Source: Octopus vulgaris
Taxonomy: Eukaryota
Length of the DNA: 64,000 bases
Assembly: GCA_951406725.2 (NCBI GenBank)
Contig: OX597818.1
Coordinates: 122,326,001 to 122,390,000 of the forward strand
Direction: 5' to 3'
Part shown: piece by piece, positions 1 to 14,200 of the stretch
Layout of the letters: every line of letters starts with the position of its first letter
Numbering within the stretch: the stretch's first letter is position 1
Program-made: the position numbers and the translations under genes
The notes under the pieces: model-generated
Database searches by the model: none
The model's input: only the letters and a program-made list of their open reading frames with translations
Told to the model about the DNA's origin: nothing

Positions 1-39
1 CAACAATAACAGTATCAGCGTCAGCATTGGCATCACAAT

Positions 40-800
40 CAAGACTATTATTTGAGACAGCTTCTACATGTTCTCTTCAATATCCTAGAAACAACTGCTA
101 AATGTCCCTATAACCACGCCCTAACGCTTCAGCTCAATGAAGGCTGAACTGATGTCAGGCAACAGCGTTAACACCAACCGCAACATCTTCATCACCGTCA
201 TCTCTGCTATTAGCGAAATACTCTATGTGGTCATCTAACATGTTAGAAATAGCAGCTAAATCTCCCTCAAATCACACCTCGCTATCTTATAAAAAGAAAT
301 GACACATTGGACCATGTTGTCTAGAAATACAGCAATGATTGGATAGTCACAGCTGCAAAACATTTGATCATAAATATGTCCGATGAGGAATAACTTGGGG
401 TTAAACTACAACAATCACACCAACACTACCATTTATAGTACACATAAGGTAGACCGGGCTAACGAGGGTTCTTCTACAGGGTTGTTCGGCCTGCTAGAAA
501 TAGCAGCCAAATTTCCCTAAAACAACGCGCCGCCATCTTAGGAAAGGGCACATTGAACAATATTGAACATCCCACCATCTCTCATAGTACATAGGTCGGA
601 TGGTCACGGTTAGAATGTCTTTTATTATGAGTCAGCTCCATGAGAAAGGTGCTGGGATTAAAGAAGAACAAGGGCAACAAGCTGATGTAGTCGCGGGTTA
701 CTGCTTCTCAGCGAGGGACGAGAATGTACGGTCATAGCTAGAACGGTTTTCGTTATACGTTGGCTCAGTTAAGGTTAACTTCAGGTAAAATAACAACGAC
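40..800. repeat. Cluster of degenerate copies of an old interspersed repeat (motif ctagaaatagcagccaaatctccctcaaatcacacc)
   Basis: Motif recurs at about 85, 243 and 493; related reverse-complement copies at about 6975-7000, 17740-17780 and 19090-19120. Confidence 0.55.
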
Positions 801-1254
801 GTCAACAACAACAACAGCAACCACAGCAACAATGAGAACAGTCACAGCAGCGTATCAACCACAAACAATTGACAAAACACTCCTGACTTAGAAGGGTAAG
901 AGAGAAATTAAGTTACGTGTCTTAAAAAAAAAGAATAGGTCGAATTCTGTCTGATCTGGAACATTTTACATAAGAAAATACATCAAAGGAACAAAAATTC
1001 GGGGCTGATTTACTAATTTTTGAAGTGCATAGTGCAAAAAGGGTCGTAGTTACGGAGACATTTCCGGTATTAACCACCCGCCCCGGAAGGAAGAAGTGGA
1101 CAATCATGAGATGTGAACTTATAACTGCGGACAGTGGATAATGATTTGCTTCAACGTGATTACTCCGAGCCACTCCTCTGCAGTTAATTACGATTGTTTT
1201 CTACCGGTTTTCTTCTGCGACGACACCAACACCGACATGAATAATGAATGTGAT

Positions 1255-1299
1255 TACGTGTGTGTGAGTGTGTGTAAGTGTATGAGTGTGTGTTTGTGT

Positions 1300-1340
<41 letters not shown>

Positions 1341-1412
1341 ACTGTGTATATATTTATATGTTTATATACATATGTATGTGTGTATATATATATACATGTA
1401 TATATGTGCATG

Positions 1413-1476
<64 letters not shown>

Positions 1477-1808
1477 TATATTCATGTATATAGATGCATG
1501 TGTGTATATATATATATCTACCTATCTGGTAGTTATAACGCTATTAGTCAATAATAAAGTAATCGGAGGAACAATGCCGCGAGTGAATATTTTAATCATC
1601 ATTCACATACATACACACCTACATAAATACATACATACATACATACATGCATACATACATACTTGCATGCACATACACACACACACTCACACACATATAT
1701 ATGTATGTATACACACATATGTACATGCATGTATATATAATCTATATGCTATTTATGTATTCATATTTACATTATGCTGTTTGTAATATTTGGTACGCAG
1801 GCATATAT

Positions 1809-1852
<44 letters not shown>

Positions 1853-2521
1853 CTGTCTGTCTGTCTATATGCATTGTATATACATTGCATATACATTCTC
1901 AATACATTATATCACACACACACACACACATACACATACACACATATGTATACACTTTATTAATCTGTTACATATGTATAGGTATATGTTCATTAACGAT
2001 GGTAACTAGGAAACCACCTGTGAGGTTTTGATTTAGTAAACCTTGTAAAATGCATTACGTACAAAATCACAATACGATTCATGGCATGTTTAATAGACAC
2101 ATACAGACACATACAGACACACACAAAATTTATATGGTTATATATAAGGAACAGTATTTTTTTTTTCCTTCATAAACATAATATTAAAGCCACGAGTGTG
2201 TTCCATGTTCCAGTTAGAAATTTTTCTCCGTCTAGATTTCTCCACACGTCCCCGAGTAATCCTTTAAGCATTATCCTTGAAACGATAATAAGGTTTCTAA
2301 ATCCATTTATGACTGAAGTCCTTAATGGCCTCATCCCCCCCCCCCTACCGTGGATGGCTGAATGAATGAATGAAATGATGATGGGAGCGTGTACTTACTA
2401 CGTTTTATAGAAGGGCGACGAGAAAATTCATGCAAAGCTAATCGACTTGGAGAATATATTGCTATAATAAACTAAACATTAAGAATTGATACGGAAATAT
2501 GAAAGACAAAAACATCTTCGT

Positions 2522-2587
<66 letters not shown>

Positions 2588-2669
2588 CATCCCGTTCATC
2601 CAACGATCTTATCCACCAATTCAATCCATCTATATATATATACATACATACATACATGTATATATATAT

Positions 2670-2727
<58 letters not shown>

Positions 2728-2826
2728 TATACATATATACATACATATATATATATACATACATATATTTGCGTTTACAAACGTATGTATATGTATACAT
2801 GCATATATATATATATGAAAATGTAC

Positions 2827-2863
<37 letters not shown>

Positions 2864-2965
2864 AATAACATACATTTGTATACATATATCTATATGCATA
2901 TATAAATTTGTTATATATTCGCATGTGTTTGTATATATATAGATACATTTTTTTAAATATGTACG

Positions 2966-3032
<67 letters not shown>

Positions 3033-3570
3033 ATTTATATTGTTATCTACTTACCTAATGCTGATGAAATGGAACTAGATTTATCCACCAAAACTGCCGT
3101 TCGAACATAACCAAGGAAGAAACAAGCTAAAAACAGTCCCCAGCAGGGTAAAATCAACTTTCTCTCAGCCATCCTTTAAGCTCGAATGCTGTCTGTTCAC
3201 ACAACACACTCGATGTTTCTCACAATGAAAATATATGTATCGGTATATAGGTATATATATATATATACATATATATATGTATGTATATGTATATATATAT
3301 ACACACACACACAGATAGATATAACTACATAGAAATGTATGTGTATGTTTGCATGTACATATATGTGTGTATGTGTGTGCGTGTATTTATATTTAATTCT
3401 ACGTGTGTATGTGTATATATATATATATATATATATGTATATTGATAGATAATTATGTGTTATTAAATAATACAATTAATTGCGTATAGTGCGATGGTGT
3501 GTGCGTATATGTGTGTGGATATGCGTGTGATGACTGTGTACATGTATGTATAAATATGTATATATATATA
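1255..3570. repeat. Dinucleotide/tetranucleotide microsatellite field ((TA)n, (TG)n, (TACA)n)
   Basis: Directly visible; explains the Y/I/C/V/H/T-rich ORFs here. Confidence 0.95.
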
Positions 3571-3858
3571 TGGTGGTGTGATGTATTTTGTTGGTGTGGT
3601 CGTGGTCGTGGTGGTTGTTGATGTGGTAGTGGTGTAGGTTGTAGTGGTTGTGGTGCTGGTGGTGGTTTATGTGGTTGTGGTGGTGGTGGTGGTGGTGGTA
3701 GTGATAAGCAGCTCTATGTAGTAGTTATTGTTTTAATAATAAGCGTTAGTTTCGTGTTGTAGCCGTATTGTTAAAACAAGAAGTGAGATCACAGCTGCTC
3801 TCACTGCTACTATTGTAGCCTCTGCTGTCTCCGTTCTTATTACTACTACTACTACTGC

Positions 3859-3891
<33 letters not shown>

Positions 3892-4257
3892 TGTTGTTGC
3901 TGCTGTTGCAGCCGCGATGATGATGACGATGGTGATGATGATGATGCGCTTGCACTTGTTGTTGATAATAATGATAATAATGATAATAATGATAACGACA
4001 TCAACGACGATGATGATAATGATGATGATGACGATCACGACGACGACAACGACGATGATGACAATGACGACAATGGTGATGGTGATGATGATGATGATGA
4101 TAACGAGGATGGGCTGGGGGGATGGGGGAGGGCGATGATAATTAGGAATGAATGATAAATTAGTAATGATTACGATGGCCGCGGTGGCGATTTTCCCCCC
4201 AACGACGACCACGACGACGATAATAATGCTGATGATGAAAATGATAATGTTGATGAC

Positions 4258-4311
<54 letters not shown>

Positions 4312-4375
4312 GATCACGATGAAGGTGATGATGCTTATGATTATGATGATGACGAGTGTGCGTATATATATATAT

Positions 4376-4410
<35 letters not shown>

Positions 4411-4531
4411 ATTTACGAAAGCCGATAATTACAGCTTTAGTTGTTGTTGTTGTTGTTACTGTTGTTATAGCTTTTATTGTTGATTATTTTTTTGCTTCCT
4501 GTTTTTGTTATTTTTACAAAAATATTTATTT

Positions 4532-4566
<35 letters not shown>

Positions 4567-4739
4567 CTCACACACACGCTTCCTCTCTCTTTCTTTCTCT
4601 CCCTCTCTTTTTTCCTTCCTTCCTTCCATCTTTCGTTTTCCTTCCTTCCTGCTTTCCTTTCTCTCTTCCTCGTTTTCTTTCTTTCTTCCTTGTTTTCTCT
4701 CTTCCTTGTTATCCTTCTTTCTGTCTTTCTTTCTTTCGT

Positions 4740-4775
<36 letters not shown>

Positions 4776-4840
4776 TCACTCATTCTTTCTTGCTTCCGTC
4801 TCCTCTTCCTTCTCCTCACCTTCCCCACCTACACTACCAA

Positions 4841-4888
<48 letters not shown>

Positions 4889-4947
4889 TGAATTGATCTT
4901 GCTGTTGTTGCAGCTGCTGCTGCTGTTATCACGACTGTTGCTGCTGT

Positions 4948-5007
<60 letters not shown>

Positions 5008-5088
5008 CACCACCACCACCACTACTACTACTACCACCATCACCACCACCAACACGACGACGACGACATCCACCACCACCACCATCAT

Positions 5089-5136
<48 letters not shown>

Positions 5137-5429
5137 CAAAACCACCACCAAAACCACCACCACCACCACCAACGCCGCCGCCGCCGCCGAATCCACCAGC
5201 GCCGCTGCTGCAGCTATTACTGCTGATGGTGCTAGTGTTGCTTCTGCTTCAACTGCTCCTACTGGTGCTGCTGCTGCTGCTGTTGCGATTGCTGTCGTTC
5301 TCGCTGTCGCAACGACTGCTGATACATTCAATACTCTTGCTGCTGCTGCTGTTGCGATTGCTATCATCATTATTGATGTTGTTACTGCTGTAGTCGACGA
5401 TAACGGTGATGATGAGGACGATAATGATA

Positions 5430-5481
<52 letters not shown>

Positions 5482-6120
5482 CGTTACTCCCACAGTTATC
5501 CCCCCTCCTCCTCCTCCCTCATCAGTCAGTGTCTTTGCTGCTGTCGGTGATGATGATGTTGATGATGATGATGATGATGATGATGCTGATTACGCTTGAT
5601 GATGCTAATTACGCTAATGGTGATGGTGCTGGTGGTGATGGTTATTTTAACACCCCTGGTAACATCCGCTATTAGTACGGTTGCCGCTGTTGTTGTTATT
5701 GCTGCTGATGTTGCTGCTGCTGTTTATTGCTACAACTGTTGCTGCTACTGTTGCTGTTGTTGCTGGTGTGGTTGCTGATGCTGATGCTGCTGGTGCTGCT
5801 GGTGCTAGTTGTCACTCGGAATAATGCTGCTGTATCTAGTTATACTTCTGCTACACACTGCTGCTACAGATGATAATGACGTGGTGGTGGTGGTGGTACT
5901 GGTGGTGGTGGTAGTAGTAGTAGTAGTAATAAGGTAGTGGTAGTAGTAGTGGTGGTGGTGGTGGTGGTGGTGGTGGTGTTGGTGGTAGTGGTGGGAGATG
6001 CTGGCGGTAGTGATGGTAATGATGATGATGACGATGGTGCTTGTGGTGTTGACGATGACGATGACAATAATGATGATGATGATGATGATGATGGTTTCGG
6101 TGTTGACGATGATGATGACA

Positions 6121-6153
<33 letters not shown>

Positions 6154-6450
6154 TTTGTGGTGGCGTTATTGGTGGTGATGCTGGAGGTAATGAGGATTAT
6201 GATGGTTATGATGATGATGATGACGATGATGATAGTGGTGGTGGTGGTGGTGGTAGTAGTGGTGGTAGTGGTAGTGATAGTGGTGGTGGCTGTAGGGTTG
6301 TGGTAGGAGGAGATGGTCGGGTTTTGCTACAGGAGGATTCTGCTGCTGCTGCCGACGCCGCCGCCGTTGTTGCAGCTGCTGCTGCTGCCTCCGTCGCTGT
6401 TGCTGATGATTAATACTGCTGGTGGTCGCTGCTGTTGCCATCACCATCAC

Positions 6451-6506
<56 letters not shown>

Positions 6507-6539
6507 CCATCATTATCAACATCGTAATCATCATCGTCG

Positions 6540-6572
<33 letters not shown>

Positions 6573-6835
6573 CCGTCATCATCATCATCATCTTCGTCGT
6601 CATCATCAACATCATTATCATCATGATCATGATCATGATAATGATGATCGTCATCATCATCATCATCATAATCGTCATCATCGTCGTCATCAACATCATC
6701 ATCATCATTGTTATCATTATTATCATCATCCTCGTCATCGTTGTCGTCGTCGTCATCATCATCATCATCATCATCATCATCTATTCACCACCGCTTTGGC
6801 AACAAATGAGCTGCCAGCTGTTGTTGTTGTTGTAT
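3570..6835. repeat. Compound trinucleotide microsatellite block ((GGT),(GCT),(GAT),(TAC),(CAC),(CAT)) with a (CT)/(CTTT) tract at about 4535-4800
   Basis: Directly visible; homopolymeric amino-acid ORFs in all frames. Confidence 0.95.
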
Positions 6836-7643
6836 AGCCTCAGGTTTTAATCAAGAGATCTAGGATCCAAGATTCTCCAACCGTGACCATCTCGTGACTT
6901 TATTTTTTGCTTTTCCCTTGTTTTATATTTTATGTCTACATTTGTATCAGAGCCGGTAAGGTAGGATTTGAAGACGCTTGAGCTGTCATTTCTAGCAAGC
7001 CAAATGATTTAAAGGTGCAAATTGGCGGAGTCGCTGATGTGTCGGACAGAATGCAATGTGTCATTTGTTCAGACTTTCTGCATTCTGAGTTCCCGAGTTC
7101 AAAGCCCACCGAAGCCAACTGTGGTTTTTATCCTCTCGGGGCTTATATGTGAGCATCAGTCGAAGGCGTTGGATGAGCAGAACTGTATGCACGTTGGACC
7201 AGATACCTTGCCGTTATGTTTTCCCGCTCTTTGCATCCTTAGTACAAAATCTGCCATGCCCTGATTTCCTGTTTATTTTTTACCTTTTTGGGCGAGGGAG
7301 TAAGTTTAACTCATCGCCCAGTTTAATACCAACGCCTGACATCTTGGAATTTTAGATACTTTTAGCACTAACCTTTCCGTTGCAACCACCGGGAGGGTAG
7401 GTTTCCGTTTTCAGGTTTCAGGGAAGCATCCTCTCTCCTCTTCCAACCAGTCATGTAGGCTCTAAAAAAAGGTCATAGGTCACTGAATTAGCTCCTGACC
7501 AAAAAACAGAATAATAAGAAAATCTTGCAGAGGATTTTCTCCTTTGCTCACGCTGTTGTTCTTGCTTGTGTTCTTGATACTTTCGTCGCTGATGATGAGT
7601 CAAGTAGTTGCATCAGTGTTCACATTTTTATTATTAATTTTAA

Positions 7644-7962
7644 GGCGGCAAGCTGGCAGAATCATTAGCACACCGGGCGAAATAGCGGTATTTCGTCTGC
7701 CACTACGTTCTGAGTTCAAATTCAGCCGAGGTCGACTTTGCCTTTTATCCTTTCGGGGTCGATTAAATAAATACCAGTTACGCACTGGGGTTCGATATAA
7801 TCGATTTAATCCGTTTGTCTGTCCTTGTTTGTCCCTTCTGTGTTTAACCCCTTGTGGGTAGTAAAGAAATACGTATTTCGTCTGCCGCTACGTTCTGAGT
7901 TCAAATTCCGCCGAGGTCGATTTTGCCTTTCATTCCTTTCGAGGTCGATAAATAAAGTACTG
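7644..7962 (+). mobile_element. tRNA-derived SINE family A (MetaSINE-like core), full copy followed by a partial tandem repeat
   Basis: Head ggcggcaagctggcagaatcattagc, B-box-like gagttcaaattc, core gccttttatcctttcggggtcgattaaataaataccag, tail gtaaagaaata, then a restart at gtatttcgtctgcc. More than 10 related copies in the window. Confidence 0.85.
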
Positions 7963-8259
7963 GTGTCGTTGTTGTTGATGTTGTCATTGCTGTCGTTGCT
8001 TATGTCCGGGTCAACCTTAACTGAGGCAGGCTGATAGTGATGGTGATGTTGTCGCAACGGAGGCAGTAACGATGGTGATGATGGAGATGGTGGTGGTAGT
8101 AGTGGTGAAGATAGTTGAACAAACAGGTAGTGTGTGCACGTGTGTGTGCATGAGTGTGTAAACAGGATGGGGAAATATGCTGGAGCAAGAGCGGATCGCG
8201 TTGGTGTTGCGCAGTGTATATGGTAGCATCAGGGGCGGGGGATAGAAGGTGACGTTTCG

Positions 8260-8693
8260 ATAATGGTGACAGTGATGATGGTGGTTGTGGTTGCGGTGGT
8301 TGCTGTGGTTTTGGTGGTGGTTGCGGTTGCGGTTGTGGTGGTTGCTGTGGCCGTGGTGGTGGTTGTGGTGGTGATTGTGTTGGTGGTTGTGGTGGTGGTG
8401 GTGGTGGTTGTGGTCGTGGTGGCAGTTGTGGTTTTGGTTGCCGTGGTAGTGGTGGTTGTGGTGATGGCAGTGGTTTCAGTGGTGGTTGTGGTTTGGTGGT
8501 GGTGATGATGGTTGTGATGGTATTGACAGGTAGGCTAATGGTGGCAGTGGTAATAGCAGTCGCGAATACGATATATTAGGTAACCAGAACCAGGATAACC
8601 CTAAACCTAGACCTGTAGTGATGCCACCAAAAGCACCGCCTGAAGTAAAACGCATAAAATGGAGTACAGAGGATTATAGAGATGTGTTTAAAG

Positions 8694-8727
<34 letters not shown>

Positions 8728-9048
8728 CCATCATCATCATTATTACCACCACCACCACCACCACCACCATCACCACAACCACCACCATCATCATCATGAT
8801 CATGATCATCATGATCATCATCATCATCGTTATTGTTATTATTATTATTATTATCGTTATCATTATTATTATTGTTATTATTGTTATTATTATCGTTATC
8901 ATTATTATTATCGTTATTATTGTTATTATTATTGTTGTTATTATTGTTATTATTATTGTTATTATTATTATTGTTGTTATTATTGTTATTATAGTTATTA
9001 TTGTTATTATTATTGTTATTATTATTATTGTTATTATTATTATTATTA

Positions 9049-9097
<49 letters not shown>

Positions 9098-9115
9098 GTT
9101 ATTATTATTTTATAT
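8260..9115. repeat. (GGT)n, (CAT)n and (TAT)n microsatellites
   Basis: Directly visible. Confidence 0.95.
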
Positions 9116-9427
9116 TTACTGCTGAACATGACAGACGTATTTTCGAACGCGCCCGAAGTAAGTCTTGTTTAAAAATTTAGTTTACACCCGTTTGTTACCG
9201 TTTTGTTTTTCGTTTAAGCGTTGTTTCAGTTTGTTAATAGAAACACTAGGGACCTGGCATTGGGTTTCTGTGTTTGTGCAGGCCCATGTGGGATATATTT
9301 TTTGCCCCAAATAAATTTGGTGCTCCCGACATAGTTATGATGACAAACACAGTGAGCGATGAAAGCCTGCACAAGAGAGGTCTCTGGCGCGGGATGGTTT
9401 ACCTTACGAGCTTTATTTTCATATGCC

Positions 9428-11230
9428 AAACTTGTTCGGTGGTCTCTTGACAGACGTCTACCACAACTGACTGTAGAGCAAGAGAATTTGCAGCGTTGTG
9501 AGCCGTGGAGTGGTGATATTTAGGAAGGATCCGAATAAGGGGGACAAATTGATAATTTTAGGCTTATAACTCTGCTGAATGCAGATTATCAGATTATGGC
9601 CAAGGTGTTAGCCAAGAGATTGGCGTTTGTCGCCGATAAGATGGTTGGTGACGCGCAGACGTGCATCCACGACAACCTCCGCCTCACGCGCTACATCAGA
9701 GAGAGTGTGGTTAAGGAACCTGGCATGGGTGGTGTTTTGCCAATTTGGATCAGTTGAAAGCTTTTGATGGTGTAGACCACAAATAACTGGAGGCTGTTTT
9801 CACGGTTTCGGCCTCGTTTTCAGAGGCTGGATCGCTGCAATGTACAATGACATCTGTTCGGTGGTCAAAGTAAATGGCCACCTTTCGGAATCGTTTAGCA
9901 TCGCTCGTTCCGTCCGTCAAGGATGCTCACTCTCGCCTTATCTGTTCGTACCGGCTTCCGAGCCATTGATGCGGAAGCTGGATGTTTCGCGGGACATCCC
10001 GCGTGATCTAGGATGCGGAGGATTCGTGTCGGCTTACGTGGACGACATCACCGTAATGGAGTCGGACATCTCGGGAATCGAGGTGGTCACTACTGCTCTG
10101 AGGGAGTACGAAGTGGTCACAGGAGCAAATATCAACCAGAAGACGGTGGGCCTGCAGCTCGGCACCTGGAGAGGTAGGTCCATGCCAACCGACAGCGTTA
10201 TACGGAAGGACCGTTTAAATTGCTCGGGGTCTGGCTTGGTCCAGACCCCCAGGTAGACAAGAACTTGTTCGGTGGTCTCTTTGCAGACGTATACCACAAC
10301 TGGCGCAGAATGGGAGAATTCCTAGTGCTTTCAGCCGCGGAGTGGTGGTGCTGTTGAGGAAGGATCCGAATAGCGGGGGGACAAAATTGATAACTTTAGA
10401 CCTATAATTCTGCTGAATGTGGATTATAAGATTTTGGCTAAGGTGATAGCTAAGAGGTTGGTGCTTGTCGATAAGTATGTTGGTGACGCGCAGACATGCA
10501 TTATCCCAAACAGAAGTATCCATGACAACCTCCATCTCCAGCGGAGGACATTTGGGCCAGGGCCTATGGATAACTTCCAAAAATCCCTGGCCTGACAGTG
10601 TTACGGGGAGCTCTGCCGATTCGAGACAAGCTCTACAGATACGGAAGTACTGTGTGACAGACCTGTGCGAGGTGTGTGCAGGGCGATGAAACCGTCCTGC
10701 TGCACTCGTCTAGTGTCTGGAGCTTTGTCGAACAGCTGTTGACACGTGTAGGACGGATCCAGTTATTAGCCGAGTCCATCGTGAAGATCACCGCACAGTC
10801 TTCCTTTGACCGATAGGGGAAGGCAGTTTTTCTCTGTCTGGTTGCTATAACGGAAAAAGTAGTGTGGGGGATGACGTTGAAAGGACTGAAGACAGACATT
10901 TTCATCTTCGGCCGAATCCTCATAGACTTTTACAAGTTCCAATTGAAAAGGAAAGTGTGGGTAGAGAGGGAAGTACTGTCTCCAGTAAGTTTGTTGAAAG
11001 GTGGGTGAACGTTGCGAAAATGGATCGTGTGAATGGGTCTACTTTGAATATTCGTCTGTAAGCCGGAGCACTCGAGGTGAAGAGGAATGCCTACCTGGCG
11101 TGCCCTTGACAGTCGGGTTAACCAGGATGCGTAGGGTACCCTTGTTGGCCCTGGGTGGACTTCCCTTATTAAAAATAATGTCGAAGGGGAAGAGACAAAA
11201 GAGATGTAAATGTGCAAAAGTGTAACCGGT
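9428..11230 (+). mobile_element. Degenerate Tx1/L1-clade LINE ORF2: RT domain, a second copy of the RT N-terminal part, C-terminal CxxC-H-C zinc finger and 3' UTR
   Basis: Translations ITLLNADYQIMAKVLAKRL, KAFDGVDH, SVRQGCSLSPYLF, SAYVDDITV. 10262-10540 repeats 9428-9680 (NFRPIILLNVDYKILAKVIAKRL). Cys-rich finger near 10660-10720. Many stops and frameshifts. Confidence 0.85.
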
Positions 11231-11499
11231 CAAGAGAAGTATGAGGGTAGTAAGAGTAATTGCAACAACAATAGCAACAGTAGCAGCAGTGGCGGTAGTG
11301 GAACCGACAGCAGCAATGGTGATAGTGGTTTTGACAACAACATAAATAATGAAAGCGAGAAGAATAACACCAGTAGTAGTAACGGTGGCATTGATAGCAT
11401 CTCAAGCGGTAGCGGCAACAGGAACGAGAGTAGTAGAAGCGGAGTGGTTGGGGGAAGTAGTAGTTGCAACAACGGAAGAGACAACAACTCCACCATCAT

Positions 11500-12700
11500 C
11501 ACCAACAACAATAAAAGTTCTTTCGCCGGCGCTGCCACCTTAAGGGAACTCTTTGCCGTCTCTTTAGAGAACGAAGCCTCTAAATTGGCGAACGCGGCTA
11601 AATCTAGAAAAATCGATGGGAGGATGGCAGAGCTATCAGCATCACCGGAAACGTTAGCAACCGCCGCCAGGAAAATTGTGACCTACCGCTGTATTAGCTG
11701 TAAATCGAAACGGCAACGAACGCCCAGATAAAAAGGGCTCTTCACGATATATGGCAGGACATCGGTCATATATCGAGGGGAAAATAGTTCGGCGGCATGG
11801 AAGTTTTATTTAAAACCGAAGCGCTGGCTATTCAACACTCGGTGCCTGTCTGCTGCAGCGAGGAATTCGTGCTCTTCCCTATGTACATGGGAAGAAGGGC
11901 AGTAAAGATTACCATACTGGGGGTACCACCAGAACTAGATTTGACGTGCGTTCTCTCTTGCGTGGTAATTAATGTAAGTGATAATCTTCTGGAGGTCAAG
12001 AGATCAAGGGGGGAGTACAAGACAGGGATCACACTGAAAGTGCTGCTTCATGTAAAGCCAGCCCATCTGGTGAGGATACCTAACCTGATCTCTCTGAGAA
12101 TGACCGTGAAGAGCAGACGTCCGAGATGTCATGTCTGTGGAACGACAAATCATTTATGAGCGTTATGTCTACAAAACAAATACAGCCATTGCCACAACAA
12201 CCTCTATAGGAAAATAAAAGAAAGAGTGAAACAACATCAGTATCTCAAGGCTGACCAAAGCAGCGGCTTCATTTGATGGGAAAGGATTGGCGGCAGCAGG
12301 AGAATGTGCAGTATCAGAATTAGCAGCAACAGCAGCAGCAGCAGTAACAACGATTACCACCGTTACCATCAAAATAGCCAAGTACTTCAAAATAGAAGAC
12401 CACCCAAGGCTTTTCTCAACCTATCAATCCATCTCTCTCTCTCTCTCCCTCTCTCAAAGACACGCTCACACATAGACACCCACCAAGACACACAAGCACA
12501 CACCCATCTTATCGGGAGACGGATTACATAAACTCCGATTCGTTCGCATCTCGAAGTGAAGATGAAGAACAAAGCCAAAAATCTCAGAAAGAAAGCGCAG
12601 GAGAAAAACATCTGGCCTCACACTAACACAAACATCGGGAAACACAAAAATGTTCCAGCTCCATAACCTTTAACACAACAAAAACTACGATCACAAGCAT
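11500..12700 (+). mobile_element. Probable Tx1-like ORF1 remnant with gag-like zinc knuckle
   Basis: ORF 11797-12159 ends RRPRCHVCGTTNHL (CxxCxxxxH) and lies upstream of an APE endonuclease remnant. Confidence 0.6.
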
Positions 12701-13077
12701 AACCAACAGCACCATAACCCCGCTTCGCACCCTAAAATTGTTAAATTCTCAGACGCCGAATTTTGTGCGAGTTAGGAGAGCAAATAAAGATCTTATGTCT
12801 CTCAGAGCTCGAAATACAGAGATTGAGATAGAGGGAGCAATACATGACACCTGCGCTCTTAAAGTGCCCGAAGAGCTGTTGTTAGTGTGCATGCCACTAA
12901 AAAGCAGCAGAACATTCGGTAGCTCTCTCCAGATGACGTGAGAACTCCGAATATAATAGCCTCTAAATGACTTTTAATGGAGTACTCTAAGAAACTACAA
13001 CCAGATCCTGATGTCAGGCCATCCGGCCGCCAACATCACCTCGATCCTTTTCTTTATCGCAGCTCTTTTCCATCAGC

Positions 13078-13940
13078 ATGGCAATGATTAAAGTGGACTG
13101 TGTAAGTTTTCCTGGCCTGAGTTTACCCTGGAAGCGAGGCCGGCTCCTTAACGAACTCCGGTTACTAGCCTTGGACATGACGGCCCTCAGCGAATCAGGA
13201 TCTCCGACATACGCGAACTAGCCCCTATTCTCGACGATTTTGTGGTATACATATCTCCTAGTCGCCCTGGAATATATGGCAGTGCTGTTGAGAAAAGGCT
13301 TGGACCTCGAGGTTCGGACGATCTTCTTGAACCCAGATGGTAAGTTGGTGGTTCTGGATGTGAGCAATAATGAAGGTGGTGAATTTAGACTAGTCGCTGT
13401 GTACGGTCCGACTAGAGTGGGGCAGCCAGATTCCTACAGAAGCTTGGGGTTTTTCTTGGGACGTCAGGCTCTTTAGTGCTAGTGGGTAGGGTGAAACTAG
13501 CCGACATATGAGAGGGATGTGAAAGCCTCACAAACCTGATCAACCGCTTCCAAATGGCTGACAGATACCGACAAGATTTCCTGAATGCCCCAATGTGGAC
13601 ATGGGCAAACAACACCGGGTCTTCCACATGATATTTAGATAAGGTATCCTGTATGCTAGTATACAGAAGTAACATAGTTTGTCCACAATTCAAAGTCATT
13701 GGCTACACAGACCAGAAATTAATAATCTGCACGGTCGACCTAAATAGCATCCATAGGCAGAGCTCCAAGTACTGGAAGCTGGACGCCTCCTTCCTGGTTC
13801 GTCAAGCATGCAGAAACCGGCTTGGCAAGTTAGTCAATCGGAAGTTGTCGGGTGCAATCGTCAACAACCGTTGGTAAATAGATCTGAAAAGGGCTATTAG
13901 AGTAGAGGTGGTAGGATTTAGTAAGGAAATATCTTTAGAG
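13078..13940 (+). mobile_element. APE-type endonuclease and linker of a Tx1/L1-like ORF2 (degenerate)
   Basis: DGKLVVLDVSNNEGGEFRLVAVYGP, WTWAN...YLDKV, IGYTDQKLI (SDH-equivalent), YWKLDASFL. Confidence 0.8.
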
Positions 13941-13943
13941 AAA

Positions 13944-14200
13944 TCTATCCCTGCAACGCTTCATCCCATTCATATAGGGACCTAGGGTCTCGAGGATTTT
14001 CCATGAGATCGAGAATGCGCTCACATCGTCTCTTAGTTTGCCAGACGTTGCTGGTCAGTGATGTTACGTATCTCCTTTTCGGAACTCTGAAGGAGGACAT
14101 ATGATTGGAAACGCATTCCTCGAGAGAATTCCAGGTACTTCCGATGTATCTCTGTGGCGCGTTTGTAGCAAGGTTTTCTCCCTCCATATTTTGAAGAGGT
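13944..14200 (-). mobile_element. Penelope-like element GIY-YIG fragment
   Basis: RYIGSTWNSLEECVSNHMSSFR...TSLTSNVW, then after a frameshift WKILETLGPYMNGMKRC. Confidence 0.7.

Noticed and set aside
3055-3105. CTGATGA...AAAACtgccGTT hammerhead-like string (similar relic at about 22790-22840)
   Set aside because: The GAAA core is mutated and stem I is not convincing.
4356-5393. 345-aa ORF and other long low-complexity ORFs (poly-H, poly-N, poly-D, YI repeats)
   Set aside because: They are translations of stop-free microsatellites, with no domain or splice evidence.
8579-8690. KRIKWSTEDYRDV, possibly the N-terminus of an R4/Dong-like ORF
   Set aside because: Too short to support a call.
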